Below, in pieces: positions 1 through 13,091 of a stretch of DNA of 64,000 nt. The translations under genes were made by a program, and so were the position numbers. The notes under the pieces were generated by a model. It saw only the letters and a program-made list of their open reading frames with translations, was not told the origin of the DNA and ran no database searches. The DNA comes from Macrostomum lignano (taxonomy: Eukaryota), in assembly GCA_002269645.1 (NCBI GenBank), contig NIVC01000150.1:310001-374000 (forward strand), read 5' to 3'. Every line of letters starts with the position of its first letter. Position 1 is the stretch's first letter.

Positions 1-612
1 GATGCCACATCAAAGATTAACTGCGCCAGCCTGTGCGACTCAAAGCTCGACTGTCAGGCGTTCAGCCTAGCCGACGGTCCGTGCCAGCTGTTCGTGTTCA
101 ACAGGTGCAGCAAGCGCGTGAGAGACTGCGGCTGCACTCGCAGGGCGCCGGTGTTCGTGAGGCAGCAGCCGGGACTGCCGCCCGGAGCTCTGTGCCCTGC
201 CGGATTCTCTAACGACCTGTGCGGCACAAAGTACAAGATGTACTCTGGAGTTCAGGACTGGCTAGTGGCCAAGAATGACATCGACGCGGAGCCTGGAATC
301 ATCATCATGGCTGACGTAAGCGACCTGGAGGAGCTGCACCATATTCGGAGTTTGGCGCCTGACACTGCGGACACCATGGTGATGCTCGGTGGTTGGCAGC
401 TGCCCGGCAGCGAGGAGCCGAGAGGAGGCTGGTTCTGGGCTAGTTGTAACTCCAGCATCGACGGCAGCTTGTGGCAGACTGGCCAACCAGACAACGCCGG
501 GGCCGAGAGCTACGTCTCCGGCGCGCGTACGTTCGACGGCCTGAACGACTACATCAGATCATCGGGCAAATACGTCGGTGCCATTGCGGAGTGCCTGTCA
601 CCGTTTGACTGA
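1..612 (+). CDS. PAN/apple-like + C-type-lectin-like protein (5' partial)
   Basis: Frame +1 is open from base 1 (DATSKINCASLCDSKLDCQAFSLADGPCQLF, PAN-like Cys spacing) into the tracked ORF 94..612. It carries lectin-like WLGG(W), WQTGQPDN, GLND and a terminal C. Confidence 0.65.
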   Translation, partial: DATSKINCASLCDSKLDCQAFSLADGPCQLFVFNRCSKRVRDCGCTRRAPVFVRQQPGLPPGALCPAGFSNDLCGTKYKMYSGVQDWLVAKNDIDAEPGIIIMADVSDLEELHHIRSLAPDTADTMVMLGGWQLPGSEEPRGGWFWASCNSSIDGSLWQTGQPDNAGAESYVSGARTFDGLNDYIRSSGKYVGAIAECLSPFD

Positions 613-1429
613 CGCACTTCGAAGCGACTTTATTGAGCTGACTGAAAAATTGAACCAGACAGGCCGCAGTGAACAACATATTGCGGCATTCCGAATTTAA
701 ATATTGATCGATATTGATTGTTATAAATGCACAGCTGATTGGCTGAATTCACGCGGATGTGCACGGGTTAGAACAAGCGTATATTGATAATATATTGAGA
801 ATATGTCAGACCAGCATACCATATTGTCCAACCGCAATAGCTTTGTAGTTAACAACGCAATAGACAAACGCAAATACAGCTAAAACTACTATTACTAGTA
901 ATATATATAAGTAGAGAAGTGACCACACAGAGAAGTATATACGTATCAAAAATTGTCCATAAGCATTCACAGATAATTATTGAATAACAAAGTAAGTACA
1001 ATCTTTCAAAGAATCGAATGGATCTGACAGAGACAGGAAAAACAGCTTTTAAAAAATCTCTTCGTTACATAAAAAATCTGATAAATAAATGTAAAGAACA
1101 AGCGTACAATAGCATCTTTCATACTTGCGCAGCTGCATACGCAAAATAACATGGCTGGGTTTTCTAACAGCTAGAAGGACGGGTTATAACTTTGTTAACC
1201 AGATCACTTATGAAGCAGCCCCTTCTCTCCTAAATTACGAGTATTATGGTAAAAACCAGGCACATGTCAGACAGAGAGGGCTACTCCTAAGAACACGACG
1301 GTTTTATTTTTCTGAGCTGCATTGTTAAAACAATATTTTTGTTTTAAATGCTGCTATAAAAATTTAAGTTTTTTCTGCAACAGTCTGCAAAATCTTTAAT
1401 TGAAAATTGAAGCAGGGGCGGTGGCGGTC

Positions 1430-1690
1430 AAATGTTCCTGACAATCAGATGTCCCTGACAGTCAAACGTCACTGACAGTCAAATGTCCCTGACAATCAAA
1501 CGTCACTGACAGTCAAACGTCACTGAAAGTCAAATGTCACTGAAAGTCAAATGTCACTGAAAGTCAAATATTACTGAAATTCGAATGTCACTGGAAGTCA
1601 AATGTCACTGACAGTCAAGATGTCACTGGCAGTCAAAGTCATCGACAGTGAAATTTTACTGGAAGTCAATTGTCACTGAAAGTTAAATGT
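1430..1690. repeat. ~21-bp minisatellite (GTCAAATGTCACTGAMA)
   Basis: About 12 degenerate tandem units are visible. Confidence 0.85.
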
Positions 1691-1886
1691 CCATAGTTGT
1701 GGCTATGTGGAATTTCTCTATAATTTCTCTATAAAAGTGACAATCAATAACGTCTCATCCATAAAAAATAATATCAAGTACTGCGCTAGGTCTAATTACG
1801 AATAGCAAATGAGCCAATCCGTTGGGTTATTACTGTTTTCAAGACACCGTGTGATGCTTTCCGAGACTCCTAAACCGTTTCAACTA

Positions 1887-2786
1887 TCAAACGTCAATCC
1901 TTCGCCCGAGCCCGTCGCCGCTGGCTTCTCCCGTCTCAACGCCGGCTGCCGGGTCAGTGACCGGCTCTCTCCGCCTGTAGCAGCGATGGCAGGCAAAAGC
2001 AACCAACAGTCCAAGCGTGGAACCTGCCAGCACGTCCTCTGGATGATGATGGAAGTCAACCAGCCGGCTCAGTGCGATGCCGGAGGCTGCAAGGCAGGGC
2101 GCCAGGCAGGCCAGTAGGCGCACAGATGGCGCCAAACGAGCCGAAGATTTAAACAGTTGAAGCCAATCGGCAAGCAGGAAAGACACATAGGCCAGGCTGG
2201 CGAATGACATGGAAGCGTGACCGGACGGGAACGATTTCCGGCCCTCGGCCACAGTGTCCGGATCGCCAGTGCAAGCGCTCGGCACTAGAAGCAGAAGCTG
2301 CTGCAGTTGCTGAGGCGCAGGTTCGCCATCGTCCGGTACTGCGCCAGACTCGGCGGCGGCAGGCACGAGTCTGGCCTCGCCCGATGGGAAGCAGCGATAG
2401 AAGAAGTCCGGTCTTGGCCGGCCAACTATCAGCTTCACCGCGTCAGTGATGAGGCCGGTGAGCAGGAGGGAGAGCGAGTAGCCTAACAACATCATCTGAC
2501 AGGCTGTTGCTCTTCTAGAAGAGCAACCGGAGCTGCTCGAGCCTTCCGAGTCCAGCAGCTGTGGCTGTTTCTGCAGCTGCTGCCGTTGCTGTAGCAACAG
2601 CATCATTAGGGTCGGCACGACAACTGTCACCATGACAACAACCAACCAGGATGGGAAGTAGGGCGCGGTGGGTTTGTTGCGATAGAGCCACAGCTCCTCG
2701 GGATGGATGTCGCGATCTCGGGGCGCCACGTGCTGAAGGAGGCTGCGCGGGGATGCAGGGGAAAATCTGGTGAGGTAATTTACCAT
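1887..2786 (-). CDS. PAP2-family phospholipid phosphatase (PLPP4/5, DPP1-like)
   Basis: All three PAP2 motifs are intact: KLIVGRPRP, SFPSGH, SRLVDFHHHPED. The N-terminal IHPEELWLYRN matches PLPP4/5. No intron interrupts the ORF. Confidence 0.9.
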   Translation of the reverse strand: MVNYLTRFSPASPRSLLQHVAPRDRDIHPEELWLYRNKPTAPYFPSWLVVVMVTVVVPTLMMLLLQQRQQLQKQPQLLDSEGSSSSGCSSRRATACQMMLLGYSLSLLLTGLITDAVKLIVGRPRPDFFYRCFPSGEARLVPAAAESGAVPDDGEPAPQQLQQLLLLVPSACTGDPDTVAEGRKSFPSGHASMSFASLAYVSFLLADWLQLFKSSARLAPSVRLLACLAPCLAASGIALSRLVDFHHHPEDVLAGSTLGLLVAFACHRCYRRREPVTDPAAGVETGEASGDGLGRRIDV

Positions 2787-2871
2787 TGGATTGCGAATAT
2801 GAATATAATAATTCTTGATTAGAATTTCAGTTCCACAGTATCTTCCTACAAATTCTGCGCTCTACCGGAGT

Positions 2872-3345
2872 CTACCCCCAGATTATGTAGCATTCTACCC
2901 CCAGATTATGTAGCTGCCTACCCCAGATTATGTAGCATTCTACCCCCAGATTATGTAGCTGTCTACCCCCAGATTATGTAGCATTCTACCCCCAGATTAT
3001 GTAGCATTCTACCCCCAGATTATGTAGCACTCTACCCCCAGATTATGTAGCATTCTACCCCCAGATTATGTAGCTGTCTACCCCCAGATTATGTAGCATT
3101 CTACCCCCAGATTATGTAGCATTCTACCCCCAGATTATGTAGCACTCTACCCCCAGATTATGTAGCATTCTACCCCCAGATTATGTAGCATTCTACCCCC
3201 AGATTATGTAGCACTCTACCCCAGATTATGTAGCACTCTACCCCCAGATTATGTAGCACTCTACCCCCAGATTATGTAGCATTCTACCCCCAGATTATGT
3301 AGCATTCTACCCCCAGATTATGTAGCACTCTACCCCCACCCAATC
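2872..3345. repeat. 24-bp minisatellite (TCTACCCCCAGATTATGTAGCAY)
   Basis: About 19 near-identical head-to-tail units with no spacers. Confidence 0.95.
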
Positions 3346-3649
3346 TGTAGTTCTACCCCCGCCATCTGTAGCTGTCTACTTGCACATTTGGTGGAATTCT
3401 ACCCCTAAGCTGTGTAGCATTCTCAACCTGATTTCATAGACGACTCACGCAAACACAACAGCCATAGCGATGCGAATGACCACCTCCAGCAGAAGACTGG
3501 ATGGCACACTGCTGATTAGCTTCATCATTAGTGTCGTTCTGGAGTCACCGCCGAAGCTTTGCATAGCAACTAAAAGTGAGGCATGATTTCGGTCTGAAAA
3601 GTTTAAATTATTAAATAATTAGCATAACACTTGACTTAACACCTGACAA

Positions 3650-3830
3650 ATTTCAACAGCAAATCTACAGTTATAGATGACAATCTTCAGATTTCAACAG
3701 CGAATCTACAGTTCTAGATAACAATCTTCAGATTTCAACAGCGAATCTACAGTAATAGATGACAATCTACAGACTTTTAACAGCAATTCTACAGCTCTAG
3801 ATGACAGCCTACAGATTTCAAACACGAATC
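3650..3830. repeat. ~37-bp degenerate tandem repeat
   Basis: ATTTCAACAGCGAATCTACAG..TAGATGACAATC occurs 4-5 times. Confidence 0.75.
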
Positions 3831-4207
3831 TATTGATCTAGGTATTCGTAAACCACCTACTTACAGCATATAATAACTGAAATACATTGAGCTAAAGTTT
3901 TAAAACTGCTGACACATAAATAAACAGAACAGATAATAGCCAAAATGATGTCAGTTTATATTTGACAGTCAAACAATGGGAGCTTCCTATAAAAACTACA
4001 ATTCTTATCTAATATATTTCTAAGCTAGAAAATTTTAGCCTAAATATTACCCTACGAAGAGACACGGGAGGAGGAAGTTTAGCCTCATAACTGAATATTC
4101 CTAAGCAAAATTAATAAAAGCATCTAACAGTCTAGGTGGGGTAAGTTCACACAGGCATTGGTACACTTTTCAGTAGATAGTTAGATTATATATATGACAC
4201 CCGTGCT

Positions 4208-4561
4208 TTAGAGCGGCCATTTCCATTGGTTGGGCGGCGCCTGGCCAATCAGCGGTTCCCATGGTTTCCAGGAGAGAAAACTTCTAGCTAATTGCAGTTC
4301 CCGCTCGGCCTGCTGTACAACTTCTTCAATCTGGCCGCAGTTGATCCGCTTCTCTAGGCGACTGATGTCGGGCTCTGAGTTCACGGCGGCCAGGCGCTCC
4401 TTCACGATGGCCTCGGTAGACTGTCGGTACTTGGCATCGGCCGGCATGCGAGCCAGCAGCTTGAGGGTGCGATCGTACAGAGCGGTCAGGGAGATATGCG
4501 GCGTGGAGTTCACAGCTAGGCCAGTAAGGCCTGTGGTGAGTTTGCCTGCAGCTTTTGATGC
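4208..4561 (-). CDS. NDUFA5: NADH:ubiquinone oxidoreductase subunit A5; exon starts at a splice acceptor and has no own ATG
   Basis: TTGLTGLAV...YRQSTE...GQIEEV...WKPWEPL...QWKWPL is diagnostic. The frame begins ASKAAGKLTTG directly after TTGCAG on the minus strand. Confidence 0.93.
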   Translation of the reverse strand, partial: ASKAAGKLTTGLTGLAVNSTPHISLTALYDRTLKLLARMPADAKYRQSTEAIVKERLAAVNSEPDISRLEKRINCGQIEEVVQQAERELQLARSFLSWKPWEPLIGQAPPNQWKWPL

Positions 4562-6539
4562 CTGCAATAGATAATTATTATTTCATGTGCTTGCTTGATT
4601 ATTGGTTCTAGTGGTTAAAATTTGCAACAATTAGGCCAATAAATTTATCAGCATAGTCCCCATAGTAGGGACTTATAGTAGAGAACAAATACAAAGTTTA
4701 ACAAACATCAAAGTTATTAAATTTTATTCTGATCCTACTGCTACTACCTAATTTAATGATATGCATATGCATAGACTTAAGATTTATTTTACTTTATAAT
4801 ATAATACCCTAACCAGAAGGAATCAACTAAGGTAAAGGTGCATTAGCCATTATTCATTTTTGCCAAGGAATGATTTTGCTAGAAAATAAATTGGTAAATA
4901 TATACTTTTATCTACCTTATCTGTAATTAAATTCTTTATTATATGAATCAATGTGTGAAATAGCATCTCATTTAAACTATTTATATTTTGTTTGTTATCC
5001 CATTTAATATAATATTCAGCTTTAAAATGTTTGACATTGAAAGTGAAAAATATGACTTTTATATTATTTATAGATAAAATCATTTAAAATATCATAAAAC
5101 AAAGAACTTTGTAGAAAATATATGATTGTTTAACTTTTAAATGAACTTTTAGAGTCCAGTGGCTCCAAAATATTTTTTCTATGGCTAAAAATGCAAGTTT
5201 ATAGCCAACTAAAAGAAAACTAAAAGAGACAGAATCCATTTCAAATCAAACACTGGCTGAAGCTAGGAGTTAAGACATGGAAAAAAGTGCATAATAAACT
5301 GTTTAAAGAGCAAGGCAAAGAAAGAACAGAGGAAGGTAATTGGGATGAAGATGACAATCCAGAAGGTGCAGATGGTCAATGAGAAAGGTCAATAGCCCCA
5401 AACATACAAGATTGGTAACAGCAATAGACACTAGATCAATGGAGCCTTAGAAAGAGGGAAGGACTTTGTCACTTTGGCACAATAGCTGAACATCAAGCGC
5501 ACAACTATGTATACAATTTTGAGATCTGGGAGAGTGGAAAATCTGCCTGAAAGGAACTGCCAAGCAAATCAGGTGTGATCAGTGGCAGATTTAGGAGGGA
5601 GGCACACATGGCATGTGCCCCCATCAAGTTTGAATTTTTTCTATGGAAAATACATAATTGTATACACATACATGTACATGATATATATTAACATATACAT
5701 GCACCTTAGTAATCTGCCTTGCCCCATTCAAATTTTTTTTGGATCTATACCTAAGTGTAATACAAAGATGTAGGAGTTCATTTGTGCTTGGGTGGAAAAC
5801 AATCTTCTGATTACACACAGAAGCAACTCAACTCACTTCTGTGCCAACATCAGAAATAAAAAGGAATTGGCCTCTATTGCTTTAGACTCTGTGCATAGGA
5901 TTTAGAATAATAATTAAATTTGTCTACAAATACCATATGCACACAGCTGCACATACATTATTATACCTAAAATCTCCTACAATCTGCTATAGCTCTAGTT
6001 TTGTATCTTCTCACAAGCCTGCATGTTTAAAAGATTAACTGGGTTATGGTTTTTACCTAACCTAGGATCGGGATCCCAATAGTCAATCCCAGGATTTTCA
6101 AATCTTAGACAAGTGTGATCCAGGATTTAGAATCCTAGGATTCAAGCATAATCAAAATCCCAAGGTTTAGAATCCTGGGATTAGGGTATAATCCTAGGAT
6201 TTTGAGATCCCAAGATTGTATTTCCTGATCCAATGTCTCATTTTTTCCTTTTTATAATGCAATAAATATAATTTAGCATATTAAAAGTTGTTTTTTAATA
6301 CTAACAAGCTGTTGAAACCTGCGGATTTTGAACCCGGGGAATTTCAATCCCTGGAACTATTTTTGCATGTACTCATATTCTAAAATCTGAGGTCAAACTC
6401 AAACAAAAACTTGTTAATAGTTAGGTTAGAATTAAACATAAAATAGAGTACATTCGTGAAAAATTAGGATTTGAGGCAAACATTTATATTGTTGGCTGGG
6501 GTACTGCGAACAGGCAAACTCTGGCCTCTGCCTCTCCTT

Positions 6540-7860
6540 ATGTCCCTTGGATCCTTAGAAACTTCGATCTTCTCTTCTGTTTCCTCTCCTCTCTCTCGTC
6601 TCTGTCTCTTCTCTCTCTCCTCTATCCCCTATTCTCTCGTCTATTCCCTCTCCCTTCTATTCTTTTATCCCTCCTCTCCTCCCTCCTCTCTACTCTCTAC
6701 TCTCTCCTCTCTCTCCTCTCATCTCTTCTCTTCTTTCCTCTCTCCTCTCTCCTCTCTTCTATCGTCTCTTCCCTCACCTCTCTTCTCTCTCGTCTTTGCT
6801 CTCTTATCTATCTCTTCTTTCTCTTCTTTTATCTTTTCTCTCTTCTCTCTTCTCATTCTTTCTGCATGTTCTCTCCTCTCTCTTTCCCTCTCTCTCTCTC
6901 CTTTCTCTCTCTCTCTCCTCTCATCTCTCTGCTCTCTCCTGTCCCATCTCTCTTTCTCCTCTAATCTCTCCCCTGTTTCCTCTCCTCTCTCGTCCTTTCT
7001 CTCTTTCCCCTGTCGTCTCGGTTCTCTCCCCTCCCCTCCTCTCTCCTCACTCACTTCTCTCTCCCTTTGTCTCACCTCTCATCTCTTATTTCTATCCTTT
7101 TTTCTCTCCACTCTCCCATCTCTCGTCTGTTCACTCTCGTCTCTGGTCTCTCATCTCCCCTCTCTCATCTGCTATCTTTACTCTCTTATACTCGTATGTT
7201 TTCTCACCTCTCTCATCTGTACTCTTCTCTTACCCCTCTTTTGACTCCTCTCTTTCCTTTCTCCTTTTTCCCTTCTCTTCTCTTCCCTCTTCTATTCTCT
7301 CCCTCTCTTGTCTTCTCTCTTCTCTCTTCACTCTCCTCTCTCCTCTCATATATCGCGTTCACTCTCATCTTTGCTCTCTACCCCTCTCTCTTCTGTCATC
7401 TTTACTCTCCACTCTCCTGTGTACTCTTCTCTTTCCCCTCTACTGAATCCTCTCTTCTTACTCCTCTTCTCTTCCCTCTTCTATACTCTCTCCCCTCTAT
7501 TCTCTTCTCTTGTCTCTGCACTCTGCTCTTTCTTCCTTCATCTCTCATCTCTACTCTCTCATCTTTCCTTTCATCTCTCTCATCTCCACAATCTCATCTC
7601 TTTCCTCTCTCCTCTTCTTCCCTTTACTCTCTCATCTCTTCTTTCACCTGTTTCCTCTCTGCTCTCCTCTCATCTGCAGCTCTCTGCTCTCTCATCTCTA
7701 CTCTCTCCTCTCGCTTTTCCTCTCTCCCCTCTTCTCCCCTCTCTCATCGTCCTCACCCCCTCATCTCTCCTATTATCTTTTATCTTTTCTTTTATCCCCT
7801 CTGTCGCCTCTCCTCTCTTCGAATCGTCTATTCCTTCTTCTTTCCACTTTCATCTGCCCC
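6540..7860. repeat. Degenerate CT-rich polypyrimidine low-complexity tract
   Basis: About 1.3 kb composed almost entirely of C/T. Confidence 0.95.
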
Positions 7861-8165
7861 TCAGCTATGACGCCTATGAGCTGGATTCTTTATCTGGCCT
7901 TTGAGGAAAAAGTATGCCCATCCCTGCTTGGAAAGCCAGTTTGTGGGACGTAGTACTCTCATGGTTGTTCTCATGCTTTGATCACGTCATCTTTCTTGCC
8001 AATTTGCAGCCCTGAAAGGAATTTGTGTATCTTCAGCTCCACTGCAGTCTGCATCAGTCTAACAACCAAGGAAATACGCATTTCTTAGGAGGCCATTTAA
8101 TATTTACACAGTACCTTTGAAAGAAACCTAAAATTTCCATGGTGTGCCTAATTTAGTAGGGTTGT

Positions 8166-8982
8166 ATTGCATTGCATCGCATCGCCTTTTCATAAATCTT
8201 TCGCTTTTACAAACCCTGCTGGATAGTGGATTCCCTCGATTTGCCAATTGCCAATTGCCATCCACTGTTAAACTGCTGCAGAGTTTGCCAATACAGAGGG
8301 GAGGGCGGGCAGAGGTTAGAATTTCTCACTAAACTGTTATGGCTAAGCGTAGCCTCTCCACTCTCGGGGTGCAGAGAAGGCTATAAATAAAGTTATTCCA
8401 AAACACTGTACATTTGCTATGTACATTCAGTCCTATTGCCTGACCCTTCGTCTGGCTCTGGGAGAATGAGTGAGTGAGTGGCACAAACAACAGAAAAAGC
8501 AGACAAACTTCACATGCTTACAGTTTCTTTTTCGGTTGAGTTACAGAGTTGAAACTTTACATTTAGATAGAGAATGGGTCAATGACTATGCATTGCATCG
8601 CATCGCCTTTTCATAAATCTTTCGCTTTTACAAACCATGCTGGATTCCCTCGATTTGCCAATTGCCATCCACTGTTAAACTGCTGCAGAGTTTGCCAATA
8701 CAGAGGGCAGTGGTTAGAATTTCTCACTAAACTGTTATGGCTAAACGTAGCCTCTCCACTCTCGGGGTGCAGAGAAGGCTATAAATAAAGTTATTCCAAA
8801 ACACTGTACATTTGCTATGTACATTCAGTCCTATTGCCTGACCCTTCGTCTGGCTCTGGGAGAATGAGTGAGTGAGTGGCACAAACAACAGAAAAAGCAG
8901 ACAAACTTCACATGCTTACAGTTTCTTTTTCGGTTGAGTTACAGAGTTGAAACTTTACATTTAGATAGAGAATGAGTCAATG
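8166..8982. repeat. Tandem duplication of a ~400-bp unit
   Basis: 8166-8585 and 8588-8982 are near-identical (TGCATTGCATCGCATCGCC...GATAGAGAATGRGTCAATGA). Confidence 0.9.
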
Positions 8983-8984
8983 AA

Positions 8985-9500
8985 GAATTGTGTCAAGTTT
9001 GAAGTCAATCGCTTTATTTGGAGCAAACTTATGGCAGCTGAAAGTTAGTCAATTTTGAAACCCTTTTACACATCTGGGCCCAGATCGGGAAAGAGAGGCA
9101 GGCGGGCGGAGGTTGGGGTGGCTGCCTCGCTGAAAAAAACAGCCTAACTTTAAAAGTGCACAGCGGCTTTCAGGATTAACTTTGAAACTCGAAATTTTAC
9201 ATGATTGTTCCAAAATAGTTGAAGATTATCTGTGTCAAATTTGAAGAGAATCGGTAAAAGTGGAACGGCGCTATGGAGGATTTAGTGAAAAAATCGCGCA
9301 TTTTGAGCAGTTTTTTGTACTTTTAGGTAGGAAGGCTCAAATTTAGGAAATTTAAAGGTAGCCTAAGACATTCTCCGTAGTGAGTTTAGGGTGGGTGTAA
9401 AATTTGGTGTCATTTGGTTGAGTGGTTTGGGAGTCCATAGCGATCAAAATTGTCCACAGACACACAGACAGAGTTTTGCTTTTTATAGGTAGAGATAAGA
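8985..9500 (+). mobile_element. Possible non-autonomous Helentron/HINE-like repeat remnant
   Basis: Repeated TGTCAA(A/G)TTTGAAG...AATCG motifs, and a CACAGACACACAGACAG...GCTTTTATAGGTAGAGAT end that resembles HINE/DINE 3' ends. Confidence 0.3.
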
Positions 9501-11094
9501 GCAACAAAGCTTATTTGCTAAAGTAAAACTAAAACTTTTGTCAAAATTGTATAGTTTATTTAATATAAAAAGTTGTTAAGAATTACAAAAAAGTTGTATT
9601 GGGTTTATATTTTATAAAGTTTACCATCTTTTTAATAAGCATTTTCTATAAAAAATTAAAAATGATATTTTGTTATTATCCTAATAGAAACCATGTTTAT
9701 AAAGTTTTTTCTTTATTTAGCCTAGGCTTTTTTGCTTTTTATTCTATTTAATTATCTTATAAATTTATAAACATTTGCAAAAAACCTATTATATTATACA
9801 TAGGTATATTAGACTTTTAAGACCCTTATTGCAGTCCCTAGAGCTAACCAGCTAGGCTATTATTGGACTTCCAATTTATTAGATTCATTAATTTATAGTT
9901 GATAATTTATCTATTGATAATTCAATCCATTGAAATTCTAACTCATTAACTTAGGCTATCTATTGAAACCACACTCTGGATCATGTAGTATACACCTAAA
10001 ATGTAGGCATGTATTGGCCTTGCATGCCAAAATAAAGCATGCACAGTTGGCATGCATCACTCCTGAGAAAATAGCATGCGTGCATACCTGGCATGCACTT
10101 TATAGAATCACACGTGAGAGTTATTTTGAAGTAGAAAAAAGATACAAAAAGTTAATTTTTAAGTATAAATTTCAAGCTTTCTGGTTTTTTCAAGCTTGTA
10201 AAAAGCATATAAACAAATCTTTGTGTGTATTAATTTTCTGCTATAAATAGTATTGCCAAAAAGCATAAAAATGAACCAAATTATCCATTAATCAGGGTCT
10301 ATTAACCAATTTAAAAAAGGTTATTTATTGTCATTGTAAAAAAGGTCTTTTATTGTCACAACACTGGCGTTTTTTGAGAATGGGTGTGCACTAACTTTTT
10401 TTGAGCATGCATTTGTAATTATTCAATTTTTGTTCGAGTATGCACCCAGCATGATCTGGACTATGGTACTGAAACTATTATAATATTCATTCGATTGTTA
10501 AATTCAACTTCATCCTATATCCTAAAAATGAGTTGTGTGTCTATGAGATACTCGTAGATTTCAGAAAAAACAGCTCAGCTGATTTTCTTCAAACTTGCAC
10601 CATTCGATCAGAAATTTTCTTGGGACGGTACATGCATCTTGGCTAAGAAATTGCTCAATGTTAAAGGAATTAAATATTAAAAAAATATGCTTTTTTGTAA
10701 AGGTCAGGCAGCTCTTTTGACCTGAAATTCATTGTAAGAATGCTAGAAAAAAAACTGACTGGCTAAATTCCATTTCTGATAAAGATTGAATCACAACAAG
10801 TTGAAAACAGTGCCAAAAATGCACACACAACTTGATTAAAATTGCATAACCAATATTGCTAACTTGCTAAGACTGATACTGGCTGACTGAGAAATGGATT
10901 ATGTCATAACTTTTTACTCTGACTGACTTGCTGTAAGAATTGAATTATAAGGGCAACAGTTCATGTTCTCCAATTGAAAAGGGATAGTCTAGATGCAAAC
11001 AGACTGGACTGCTAATGTAGCAACCTGGGTTTGAATCTTGGTAGTGCAAAATGATTTTTTTATTAAAACACTTCAAAAACACAAAATGCTAAAC

Positions 11095-11935
11095 ATAAAA
11101 GAAGTGCAATGTCAAACATAAAAATGGCACCATGTCAAACATTATAGTGCCACCATGTCAAACATAAAAATGGCACCATGTCAAACATTATAGTGCCACC
11201 ATGTCAAACATAAAAGAGCCACCATGTCAGATATACAAGAGCCACTATGTCAAACAAAAGAGCCATTATGTCAAACATATATATGACACCATGTCAAACA
11301 TTAAAAAGCCACTATGCCAAACATACACATGATTCCATGTCAAACATTAAAGAGCCACCATGTTGTTGAACATTAAAGTGCTACCATGTCAAACATAAAA
11401 GAGCCATTATGCCAAACATAAAAGAGCCACCATGTCAAACATTAAAGAGCCACCATGCCAAACATAAAAGAGCCATCATGTCAAACATAAAATAGCCATC
11501 ATGTCAAACAAAAGAGCCATTATGTCAAACATATATGTGACTCCATGTCAAACATTAAAGAGCCACCATATCAAACATACACATGATTCCATGTCAAACA
11601 TTAAAGAGCCACCATGTCAACATTAAAGAGCTACCATGCATGTCAAACATTAAAGAGCTATCATATCAAACACAAAAGAGCCACTATGTCAAACATAATA
11701 GAGACACCTTGTCAAACATAGAAGAGCCTCCATGTCAAACATTAAAGAGCCAACCTGTCAAACATATATATGACTCCATGTCAAACATTAAAGAGCCATG
11801 TCAAACAACTGAGCCACCATTGTCAAACATAGAAGAGCCACCATGTCAACATTAAAGAGCTACCATGTCAAACATAGAAGAGCCACCATGTCAAACATAA
11901 CAGAGACACTGTGTCAAACATAAAAAGAAGTGTCA
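11095..11935. repeat. ~26-bp minisatellite (GAGCCACCATGTCAAACATWAAA)
   Basis: About 30 degenerate units. Confidence 0.9.
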
Positions 11936-11994
11936 TGCCAAACAAAATGGAGCTACTATAAAGCTAAGGAAATTGTTGCACTATCTACTTGTTC

Positions 11995-12845
11995 TCTGGT
12001 GGATGCTTGCTTTTTAAGGATAGATACTTGCTATCAGGGGGGATACTTGCTATTTGAGAGATGCTTGCTATCTGAGGGATGCTTGCTACTGAGGGGATGC
12101 TTGCTATTAGGAGATGCTTGCTCTTGGAGGGTAGAGGGTACTTGCTATCTGAGAGGGGTTTGCTAGATATCTATCAGGTCTCTTTGTATCCAGGTTATGC
12201 TTGCTATCTAGGGTTGCTTGCAGTTTAGGGGAATGCTTGTTACCTTGGGGATACTTGCTATCTAAGGGATGCTTGCTATCTGAGGGATGCTTCTACAATA
12301 TCTACGAGGTGCTTGCTATCTGGGTGGATGTTTCTACAATATCTGGGGGTGCTTGCTATTTGGGTGGATGCTTCTACAATATCTGAGGGTGCTTGCTATA
12401 TGCAGGATGCTTGCTATCTAGGTAGATTCTTCTATAATATCTGGAGGAGGGAGGTATTTGCTATGTGCAGGATGCTTGCTATCTGTGTGGATGCTTCCTA
12501 TCGGGATAGATGCTTCCTAACTAGGTGGATGCTCACTATCTAGGTAGATGCTTGTTATCTTGGTGGATATTTTTACAATATTTGGTTGATGCTTGCTATC
12601 TGAGTGGATGCTTCTATAATATTTAGGGGATGCTTGCTTTCTGCAAGATGCTTGCTATCTGGATGGATGTTTCAATAATATCTAGGGTATGCTTGCTATG
12701 TGCAGATGCTTGCTATCTAGGATGATGCTTGATATCTAAGTCTAAGTGGATGCTTGCTACGAGTATTAGGGGATGCTTGCTATCTCTGGTTGCTTACTTT
12801 TGGAAAGAGGTGCTTGCTATCTGGAGGGATGCTTGCTGTCTTAGG
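11995..12845. repeat. ~20-bp minisatellite (GGATGCTTGCTATCT)
   Basis: Dozens of degenerate units directly abutting the previous array. Confidence 0.9.
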
Positions 12846-13091
12846 AATATTTTCTATTTAGAAGGAATGTCTATTATCTTTGTAAAAGCTATATTTTGTT
12901 GTCTGTTTATTAATTTAAAAAAAGAGATTCATAGCAAATATCAATGTCTGTGACAATTTTATATTAATAAGATGATTCTTAAAAGTAAAGAAGGAATTGA
13001 TATTAAAGAAAATAGTGCTTTTTTAATTTTTCCATGAACTATTTTTGCTCTTTGCTTATTGTTATTGGGCATCCGAACAGGGGCCATACTA

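Noticed and set aside
2872-3345. CRISPR-like regular repeat
   Set aside because: Head-to-tail units with no unique spacers, no cas genes, and a eukaryotic context.
5580-6360. Possible MITE remnants (CAGTGGCAGATTTAGG...; GGGATCCC/AATCCTAGGATT repeats)
   Set aside because: Termini are too decayed to define TIRs or a TSD.
6471-7953. Long Ser/Leu-rich and Arg/Glu-rich ORFs
   Set aside because: Artefacts of the CT-rich tract, which lacks stop codons; several frames are open at once.
11583-12953. Short Cys/Leu-rich ORFs
   Set aside because: They lie within minisatellite arrays and show no domain signal.
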